Below, one piece after another: positions 24,486-64,000 of a stretch of 64,000 bases of DNA (positions are counted from its first letter, which is position 1; each line of letters starts with the position of its first letter). The notes under the pieces are model-generated. The model was given only the letters and a program-made list of their open reading frames with translations. It was not told the DNA's origin and searched no databases. Origin of the DNA: Yuukianura sp. NJ FZ-2021 (lineage: Eukaryota); assembly GCA_046563655.1 (NCBI GenBank), contig CM102290.1, positions 8,432,001-8,496,000 on the forward strand, written 5' to 3'. The translations under genes and the position numbers were made by a program.

Positions 24486-26345
24486 TTCAAAAACTTGGAA
24501 AATTCATATCTCGGGAACGGAAAGCGATACCGAGGTAAACTCTTCGCCGCTGAATTCACAAAAATATGTAGTATTTTTAAAAATTTTAAAAAGGTACCCT
24601 CAGATTTTGACCAAATTTCACAAAAAACCATGGACTATAGTCCATGGTTTTTTTCAAAATTTGACGAAAAACTTGATCTTCCATTTTGGAGTTTTTAATA
24701 TTCCTAAAAAATCTTCATACTTTTTGAAAGTTTTTTGTGAAGAGATTAGATCTCTATCGCTTTCCGTTCACGAGATATAAAATTTTACACCGTTTTTCAA
24801 TTTTCTTCTTTTTTGTCATATTTTTTGAAAGTTTGTCGTGAAGAGATTGGTCTGTATCGTCTTCCGTCCTAAAATTTCTTGCAAAGAGATTAGGTCTCGA
24901 TCGCTTTCTGTTTCCGAGATTTTTCAAAATTTTATTTTAATTTTCAAAAACTTTGAATAAATTTTTGAAAATTTTAAAAAGGTACCCTCAGATTTTGACC
25001 AAATTTCGAAAAAATCCATGGACTATAGTCCATGGTTTTTTTCAAAATTTGACGAAAAACTTGATGTTCCATTTTGGAGTTTTTAATATTCCTAAAAATT
25101 CTTCATACTTTTTGAAAGTTTTTCGTGAAGAGATTAGATCTCTATCGCTTTCCGTTCACGAGATATAAAATTTCAAAATTTCATTTTAATTTTCAAAAAC
25201 TTGGAAAATTCATATCTCGGGAACGGAGAGTGATAGAGAGGTAAACTCTTCGCCCCTGAATTCACAAAAATATGTAGTATTTTTAAAAATTTTAAAAAGG
25301 TACCCTCAGATTTTGACCAAATTTCACAAAAAACCATGGACTATAGTCCATGGTTTTTTTCAAAATTTGACGAAAAACTTGATGTTCCAGTTTGGAGTTT
25401 TCAATATTTCTAAAATTTCTTCATCTCTTTTGAAACTTTTTCGCGAAAAGAATAGATCTCGATCGCTTTCCATTCCTGAGATAAAAATTTTAAAATTTCA
25501 TTTTAATTTTCAAAAACTTGGAAAATTCATATCTCGGGAACGAAAGGTGATAGAGAGGTAAACTCTTCGCCCCTGAATTCACAAAAATATGTAGTATTTT
25601 TAAAAATTTTAAAAAGGTACCCTCAGATTTTGACCAAATTTCACAAAAAACCATGGACTATAGTCCATGGTTTTTTTCAAAATTTGACGAAAAACTTGAT
25701 GTTCCATTTTGGAGTTTTCAATATTTCTAAAATTTCTTCATCTCTTTTGAAACTTTTTCGCGAAAAGAATAGATCTCTATCGCTTTCCGTTCACGAGATA
25801 TAAAATTTTAAAATTTCATTTTAATTTTCAAAAACTTGGAAAATTCATATCTCGGGAACGGAAAGTGATAGAGAGGTAAACTCTTCGCCGCTGAATTCAC
25901 AAAAATATGTAGTATTTTTAAAAATTTTAAAAAGGTACCCTCAGATTTTGACCAAATTTCACAAAAAACCATGGACTATAGTCCATGGTTTTTTTCAAAA
26001 TTTGACGAAAAACTTGATCTTCCATTTTGGAGTTTTTAATATTCCTAAAAAATCTTCATACTTTTTGAAAGTTTTTTGTGAAGAGATTAGATCTCTATCG
26101 CTTTCCGTTCACGAGATATAAAATTTCAAAATTTCATTTTAGTTTTCAAAAACTTGGAAAATTCATATCTCGGGAACGGAGAGTGATAGAGAGGTAAACT
26201 CTTCGCCCCTGAATTCACAAAAATATGTAGTATTTTTAAAAATTTTAAAAAGGTACCCTCAGATTTTGACCAAATTTCACAAAAAAAAATCCATAGACTA
26301 TTGTGCATGTTATTCTTTTTTTTCAAAATTTAGCGAAATACTTGA
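24486..26345. repeat. Satellite-like tandem array, 317-318-bp unit, ~5.5 copies, with a palindromic core
   Basis: TTCAAAAACTTGGAAAATTCATATCTCGGGAACG recurs at 24486, 25192, 25509, 25827 and 26145. Units carry AAAAAACCATGGACTATAGTCCATGGTTTTTT (last copy degenerate). Confidence 0.92.
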
Positions 26346-26991
26346 TGTTCGATTTCGACGTCACGAATTGAACGACATTTCGATGTTCGTCATAATTTTG
26401 AATGTAAGTTTTTTAAACTTTGGCTGTCGATGAGTCGATGAGAGTCATGTAAAGAAATGCTGAAACAGAATGAAATGCAGCGTTGTTGTAGAAGATCACA
26501 TTACATTGACTGAGGAACCAAGATAAAACTAAAGAGAACACAACTAATCGTAGACATTTGTGATTAGTTTTAATGATATTGAAGGATTTTCTTTTTATTG
26601 GCCAGCAATAAGAATTAAAATCAAGTCCCTTTGTTTTGTTGATGATTCCAGTTTGTTTTTGAAACGGTTTTTTTACGAGTATAAGGACTGTGAGCTACAC
26701 TTTTCAAAGAGAATACGACCATTCAACTAAAAAGTCATTTTCTGTCTCTGTCAGGTATATAGGAATATAATATTGAGAGGAGCTCTTTTTTCTATTACAA
26801 TTTTAAGCTCCTGCGCGTGCTGCTCTCCGCTGTCGTCGTCGTGTAATGTGTTGTGTATGTCAAATCCTTGTCTTCCTTAAGTCTAGGTTTAGAAGCGTAG
26901 TAAGTTCTGACGATATTCAAACTCTCGTAGCCCCCTTTTCAGTTTTTTGGCACTCAGCACCAGCGTCCTTCCTCCAGTTGGTTCCAGAGAA

Positions 26992-56266
<29,275 letters not shown>

Positions 56267-59200
56267 TCCACCAAAACTCCACCAGCTCCTACTTCGTCCT
56301 CAGCCAAGGAACTCCTTCTCAACGCCACCATGGACATCGAACTGACACCACCACCAGCACACCTACAATAAAACATATTCACAAATCTATCAATAATTCA
56401 TACTTCAATTAATACCAATCCAACATAATCACTCTCTATTTAACGCTCCAGATCCCACCCAATCAACAATCTATCGAACCACTTTCTTGATAATCCTCAT
56501 CTTCCTTGCTTATTTTCTCATTTTTACACTCGCCTTTACCATCGTCATTCCGCTTACATAACTTAATCACTCCCAAAAACATAAAACGAATCACTGATTA
56601 TGTTATGTTGCTTATGTTTTTATGTTATAATTAAGTTTTCGGAAGTGATTACTAGTCATTTCAAAAATATAGCCTAACAAACAAAACATCAAAAAACATA
56701 ACCTAACATTCCTAACTTTTCACTAACCTGGTCCAGCCAAGCACAAACTCAACAAATCTATACAATACAATGAACAGCACAATGCGGAAAGGAAACTGTA
56801 AATTTTACACATAAAAATGCGCAGCGGTGTGTAAACTTCATAATGCAGAGTTTTCAGTTTCCATATTCTGTACATTTGGAATTTCATAATAAGTTTGAAA
56901 TCATTGGAAAACTAGGCTGTTGACCTTCAATTTAAAAAAAAAATTCTTTGTTAAGTTAGATTACGTAATTGAACAAATAAGTTAAACTTTGTCATTGAGC
57001 AGTAAGGTAGGTTATGTCATTGACAAGTAAGTCAGGTTATGTAAATGGAAAGTTAGCTTTAGTAAGATTATGTTAGACTATTGAAATTGAGTTGGTTAGC
57101 TTATTGGAGTAGGTTATTGTATCGACCTCAAAAACCATCAAAAAGTCAAGTTCAAGTTCTATCTCTTGTCAGCTTAATATTCCACAACTAAACTCCTTTC
57201 AGCATAGTAATCGTCAATGTTTTACGCTGACTCCAATTGAAATACAGTGGCGATTCCCACATTTCGAAAACCCTATATAATCTCAATTATTTACTAAAAG
57301 TTTCGTTCTTAAAGGTTAAGTTGTGGTGGTAACCTTCAGTCTGCTACTCACGTTTTCGTCAACTTCAACCCCAACTTATATTCATAAATTCATCAAAACT
57401 TCTTCATTTTTGCAACGTGTGAACGTTCCATTAGCATTCTACACCGTTAACCCGAATTCCCATGGTTCAAAAGTTATGGTTAGGTTGGTAACACATTAGT
57501 CAAACGTTCATTTTCATTCTGGCGATGAAGCAGCACCAGAAGACGAGTGAACGTGATTAATGCCATTGAGCAAATTGTTGTCTAACCAGTTAATAACAGA
57601 GAGGCTATGTGCGAAGTTTGGCCATTCAAGAGGCGAGTGGCTTCTTCCCAATTAATGTCCTTGGCTCCTCATGTCAATTTACACAACGATTACTTTAACT
57701 TTACTATACTTTTTTTCTCGTTTGCTTCCATACTCTTTTATGAGGGTGGAAAAAACTAAAAAAGAAAAAAAAACAATTGAGTTCGACATGAAGCAAGACA
57801 AGGAACAGAGTTAATTAAAAAAAATCATTAGAATTATTAGCATTTAACTTCATTTCAAAAAGGAGAATATCGGACATACCAAGCAGAAAATAGAAATTTT
57901 CACAATCGGATCTTATCGAAATTTTTGCAACTGGATTTTTTGAAATTTCCAAAACTAGATTTCTTTTTGAAATCTTCATAACAATTGAATTTTTCACAAA
58001 TATCCCTTTTAAGTTTTCACAAATGAATCCAAACTATTTTTTTAAAAAATTCACCTGTGAATTTTTATAGGTCTTCACAAACAGATTTTGAAACTTTTTA
58101 AAGCCGATTTTAACAAAAATTCACAACCCAATCTCTCCAAAAGCGAATTTTGTTTTGTGGGCTTTTTTTTTCAAAAGTTTCACGACTTTTTTCTAGTTTC
58201 CACAAAATGATTTTTTTTTTGTAAAAATTTTTTACAGGAGGAATTTTAGGTTAGGTGAGACGAACTTTGACAAACCACACAAAATGTTAAACTTTTCGGA
58301 ATAACTCAATAAATTTAAGTTGAAAATGACACTCTTAATGGCATAATAAATTTCTTTTTTTTTTAAAAAGTCACATCTCACCTCACCTCCTCACCGTTTC
58401 ACAACCATGTAGAAACGCAACATCATTAAACTTTTTTTTGGTGTGACAAAGTCCACTTGTCAAAATCCCACGCATTTTGTTTTCTTTTTGTGACCTAACT
58501 TTTATAAACAAACATCTAACCACAACCAAACGGCTTTACAAGCCTTAAACCTAACTTAACTAATTAGCATCTACGCCAACACAACCTTCGTTCACACCGC
58601 AAAAAAATATACAACAGCCGATTAGAGAATTTAAGAAAAAAAAAAACAAAAGAAAAGACGCTCGTTCAAAACCCAAATGTGTAAATAGCTAAAAAATAAG
58701 AAACCAGAGCAAAAATGTCACAAAAACACGAAAACTGTTTCTTTTATAAAATGCTAAAAATTTGCATTAATTTTTACACATATTAAATTTTCAAATGAAA
58801 TTCCTTACAAAAATAACCTCAAATTGTATTCACCAAACATTTGCTGTAATTTTTACATCACAAAATTTTTTCGTGGGATTGTGTTTTCTTTTTAAGTTCT
58901 AAATTTGTAGTGTTGAATAAAAATTTGGTATAATTTTTCTTTAAAATTGAAATACGATCAATAATTCACCTTTTACGTCACACATTACATTTGGCCATGA
59001 AAAAAAAAACGGAGTGTTAAATTTTTCATTTTAGTCTTAGGTTAACCGTAAAAGTTCCAATTTTTCATCACCTACAATTTGGTTGGTACATTTTTTTGAA
59101 CAAGCCCAATTTTCGTGTTGTGTGACAAGTTTGTTGATGGTGTTTCCTCGTGGTTCGTGATGATAATGATGACGAGGAAGAGCTCATTGCCTTCTCCTTT

Positions 59201-62200
59201 GTTCAGAACTTTTAGCTTTTACCCATCAACACTACCGAGTCGAGTCAATTAGCAAAATTTCCTATGACATTTTTCCACTAATTATTTCCCTAATCTGTTC
59301 CAGCCCAGCAGCGATCAGCTCAGCCTAGAATCATAACCGCAGGGAATTCCTCTATGCAAACTTTTACGAATATTTGCACAAAAACGAAAAGTTTTTTTGG
59401 TTGGAAGCCAAAAGCTGGAGTAGCACACTTTTTCGGCTGCTGTTTCTGCAAACCAGCCACAACCTCCTCTCCCTGTCACTCCAATTTTTTAATAATAACT
59501 GACATGACAAGGAGGAAGAAAGAAAAGAAGGAAAATTGTGACGGACGATGATGACTGGAGCAGATCATAGAAATCATCCACATATCAGCATCATCTCCAT
59601 CATCACCATAACCATTTCCATACTCACCACTATTCACCATCCACCTGAGTCTATCTACCTTGGAATTCAAATCAGTCAATGAAATGTTTGTGCCGTTCCG
59701 GAACGTTTCTCAAAACGTAACGTCAGCGTCATCAATGTCAACTCACAACATAAAAACATTTCATTTTTTCCTGAGCTTTGTCTACTCTTCTTCGTCATCG
59801 TCATCAAAATCACGTTGCGTCACAAAAAAAAATGAGCGTGTTACGACGAACCAGACGCAGAACGTCGTGCTTCGTCGCTACCAAATTCAAAGTCTATGCA
59901 CATACGCAAATATTTTAAATCTTAGACAACTCACGAAAATGTTGTTGGTTGCGGACACGATGCTGGAGCTGCACGGAGTTACTGGAAAGACGAACAGGCA
60001 TTTTGAGCAGTTCAACAGTGATGAATCTTCACTCTGCAAATAAGTAAAAAAAAAGTAAGTTAGGCAAGTAGTGTGATTGAAAAATCTTTAGGATAACATG
60101 ACCAGTGATGATATAAGGTTAGGAAAGTAGTGTTTAAACTGAAACTTTAACTTAAACTTGAGTTAGTTTAGCTTTTCAAGCTTTCAACTGACTACTCAAA
60201 ACAAAATATCTCTTTCACTTTTGTTCCTGTCAATCCATGGAGATTACACTGACAGAAATTGTAACGCCGTTTTTTTTAGTGCAGCGAGACCTGGAGACGT
60301 GTTGTGCCTCGTGTTAAAAAATCGGTGTTTTGTATTTAAAGTTATCCTAGATTGTCTTCTTGTCAATCTGTGTCTCGTACGTCAGAGGTCAAGAGCCAAG
60401 TCATTAGAGACAGGAAAATATTATTCTTCGGGCAGACGATGGTGGTGGTAGTGATGGTGATGATGGAGGCAGTAATTCCATGGTCTTTTGTAAATAGGAC
60501 TGAGAAGCACGCTAACTTTTACTAACTCATAGACTAAAACGCAAAGGCTACAAGGTGAGGAGGAGCAGAAACAGAGACAGATTAATTGAGGTTAGGTTGT
60601 GCTTCATCAGTATATGGCTGGAGTTATGGTATCTCTCATTCTCAGTTTACGTAATAAATTAGACAAACAGTTGGTTAATTCCTTCAGTGCCGGCAGAGTC
60701 ACGCTCATTTTCCACGGCCGCCATCACTAAAACCCTACATTCTCTCTCTCCTTCCAAACTTCGTCCAAGAAAACAGCGCAGCATTTCTAGCCAGCGATTC
60801 CAACGTTACCAACCGACCTATATTCTCATCGTCGTCATCACCAATCATCTATCTCATCCAAATCTCCGACCTAAAAGTAGGAATCAACACATTCCATTTT
60901 TTTCCTAAAGTATAACTCAACTTGAACTGACTAAAAAAGGCGGCGGCCGCTGCAAGATTTTTGCCAGCCAAAAGTAAAACGTAGTGAAAGGAAACACGAA
61001 AAAGACCCGCACCGCTATGTCGCTCTCATGAATAATACTTTAGAAAACGGTGACACGACATTGGGCTGCCCCATGGGGTCTATGGCATGATGGAGCCCAA
61101 TGACGCTGTCACTTCCAGCAGGATCTTCTCCGGCAAGATCCAAGTCTTCTCCAGACTTTTAGATCCGCATCTTCGTAAACATACATAAACAGAAAGACTA
61201 AAGAGTAATGAGAACTTACGGCAGGTTCCAGACGACTGCGCTGCGGATGGTCGTGGTGGCTCAAAGATAAAGGTGAGGAGGTAACCGTGCTGTCAGTCAG
61301 ATTTGCTAACGACTCCGTCCCGAGTAGGTTCCAGAATCCAATGCATGGCGAGGAGGCAAAGATAGTCACCTATTGCTAATACACTGCTGGCCTCCTTATC
61401 CTCTGAACCAACTGTTGTTTAGGTAGATTTTCACTATGTTTAGGTTAAAAGTCGCTATTCAGCACCGTCTCACTCCACAGTTTCTTTCTTTTTTGTACGA
61501 AAGTTGGAAATTGTAACTTACACCGAGTCGGAATAGGACCTCACAGAGTTGTAAATTATGATTTACTGAGACCACGGCATGTGCGTAGAGATGATTCCCA
61601 CTATGTATTCCGTATACAGAGTCTAAAGTTGAGTTACGGACGACTTCTCAAGGACTACTGCTCACTTCTTGACTTTGGACGATGATGATGGGACGAGGCA
61701 GAAGACAGAAAAAGAACTGTTGGCCAAAAGAAGAAGAGCCCACTCAAAAATTAGGGGAACAGTTCTGGAATAAGCTATGCAGCCGCATTCATACCACTTA
61801 CTTTCTTAAAAGATTTCACCACGGCCACGGTTCTTCTTGGTCTTACCAACACGAGACTCCTTCCAGATCCAGCAGAGCATGGAGTGGCGAAGATCTTGAG
61901 CCACTTTATGCGAAAAGAAAAGACTGTCCCCCTTCCCCCTGGGCCAGTGACTACTAAAAAAACACTCAAATACCTTATGATCCACCGTGTACTCAGTCAC
62001 TAATTAGTCAATTAATCTATTAAATCACTTACCTTACTGATACTGACACCAAAACATGAGATGAGAAGTGATGAGATGATGATGATTGATGACGATGAAA
62101 GACAAATGACGACGAGACGGAAGAAAAAGGAGAACAAAAACAAAGAAAACACGAAAGAAAAAACAAAAGAAAACAAACTCGCTTTTTATACTGAAAAAAA

Positions 62201-63374
62201 TTCCGCGCGGAAAAAGTCTCACGTTTACGCTTTAGTCAGCATATTGAAGAAACAATATTAATTTACACGTGATGCGAATTTTCAAGATTTCAAAATAAAA
62301 CGATTACAAGAAAAAATTAATACAAAATCGTTTTTTAGTTTATAAAAAATCGGTTATTCTAATTTGTACAAAAGCCCTATGTTTCCTCTGTGTAGGGTGT
62401 AGCGAGGAATAAAAGTTGGCAATATTGTTTACCCTTTATGCAAAACCGATTATCCAGTCTACTTTTGGCGTTTACGTAAACAATGTTTGTCATGATTGTC
62501 GGTATTTTTCCTTAATAAACAACCTTGGGAAATCTTACATTGTTTATACGTTTACCGTTTTGATAATCCAATGTAGTCAATGCATGCGGCTATGTATATG
62601 TTTACACAATTAAATACATTGTTGGCTACCTTCGTTTGGAGAATGTTATACCGGCATGCCGTAAGTGCAGGGTACTGGTACAATCTAGTTAAGCGCCAGC
62701 CAACGCGACGTGTTTACATTTCTAACTACGTCATGTACTGCTTTCTACATTGTTTATGTTTATTGTACCGGGAAAATATACTTAACTAAAAACAAGATAT
62801 GTTTATATTCCACATTTGACATATAACAGCGTCACATTACATTCCTGAACCTTACCTTCGCTACTTTTGGTATATGCACGATATTAGCAGTAGTAAGTTT
62901 GAAGTGTCGCTTGGTTAATCTTTACTAGGAGTGCAAATACAAAATTATTAATGCATTTGTTCATATTCTCGTCAGGCGAGGCACTAAACGGGCCAAAAAA
63001 CCTAGCAGTCGACTTACATCCTGCGATACCCGGGGAATAACTTCCATATCTCGGGTTCCTCAGTGCCAATAACATGCTTCCACCTACACTCCCGCCTCCG
63101 AAAACACCGAAACACAACAACCTCCTCTTCCTTTCGTTGCCCAACTTTCCCAAAATAAGAAAGATGCAATTTATTTCGGAAGATTTCACAAATTATTTCT
63201 ATTCGGGAAGAAAATATTTACTTGATTGGAGGCACATTTTGTAAAGATTGGAAGGAAGGGGGTTAAGGGCTTCGCGTTATCATCATTTCATTCGAGCCCT
63301 TCCCCATCTCCCCCGCCACATTTCAAAATAAATATGGAATTCGGGTTGTCATTGTTTCAAAGTGTCGGGGGCCC

Positions 63375-64000
63375 TTAGCGACCACCCATTCCAAACTCCC
63401 GGGCATCGTCCTCTGTTACGTCGCCATACTGCCAAACACCTCGATGTTCAGTCTTCGCCTCCTTCTCTGCTTGTTTATACTTTTGGATCTGAAATAATTG
63501 GACGTTCGTTTAGATACTTCGTTAGACTTGTACTTTGACAAGAGTTCATTAACACAAAGAAACAATTAGACTTACTAGCTTTAGAAGGCGACGCTCCCTT
63601 CTGTTCTCAGCATGTAGAAGCCCATCGCGTAGCAGAAGTTCTTGCACGTCCTCTTGAGTCGTACTGGCCTCATTCATCAAAGTCACGTACTCAACGCCAC
63701 CATTCTGGAACGAAATACACTTTTTGTTAGTTTTTCTTATAATTTAAGACAAACTGACAAAATAATTTGGAAAGCTCGATTTCATCGTTACCTTGTACTC
63801 AACATTCAATTGAAATCTGCCGTAATCCAACTCTTGTTTGAGTGCAGCGTTGCTCTCAGCTGCGTAGTCGGGCTACAATATAACAATCAGCAATCGTTGA
63901 GATCATCATGAAATGCTGTCCAAAATGTACTTTTCGTTTTTAAAATACCGCTTACATCAACTGGAAGAGTGACGCAGGCCAGAACGTACTCTTTGGCATA
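63375..64000 (-). CDS. SND1: Tudor staphylococcal nuclease (Tudor-SN), last four exons; 5' part beyond the window
   Basis: Exons 64000-63956 (YAKEYVLACVTLPVD), 63872-63792 (..FQLNVEYK), 63704-63576 (..DVQELLLRDGLLHAENRRERRLLKL), 63488-63375 (IQKYKQAEKEAKTEHRGVWQYGDVTEDDAREFGMGGR*). This matches the SND1 C-terminus (W.YGD...DDA.EFG). All introns are GT-AG, phase 0. Confidence 0.92.

Noticed and set aside
24495..26326. Repeated short ORFs (KTMDYSPWFF..., KPWTIVHGFF...) and a superficially CRISPR-like palindromic repeat
   Set aside because: The sequence between palindromes is also repeated, so there are no unique spacers. The context is eukaryotic with no cas genes; this is satellite DNA.
63642..63911. 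89-aa plus-strand ORF
   Set aside because: Antisense to SND1 exons, which are the real coding sequence here.

Overview
Eukaryotic, AT-rich, intron-containing animal DNA. It looks arthropod-like (TATA + TCAGTT initiator, FIRF/FIRL-amide peptides, TRP/TRPL-type remnant), but the taxon cannot be fixed from sequence alone. Intact spliced genes that I reconstructed by hand: CECR2/dikar-like bromodomain protein (+, 5' end outside the window), COQ2 (-), an FMRFamide-like (FIRFa/FIRLa) neuropeptide precursor (-), a 3-exon orphan membrane protein (-), transaldolase (+), a full-length PDE3 with a 22.6-kb intron (-), and the last four exons of Tudor-SN/SND1 (-), which the ORF track misses. Between 15 and 22 kb lie two intron-bearing pseudogenes flanking the intact orphan gene: a TRP/TRPL-type channel and an aspartylglucosaminidase. 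The latter is disrupted by what looks like a hAT-type excision footprint. Non-coding space holds a 600-bp fold-back just 3' of the neuropeptide gene, several MITEs, a palindrome-cored ~318-bp satellite and several minisatellites. No clearly new multi-gene system is demonstrable. The best leads are the decayed TRP / orphan / AGA block and the neuropeptide locus. All family assignments come from recalled motifs, not database searches.
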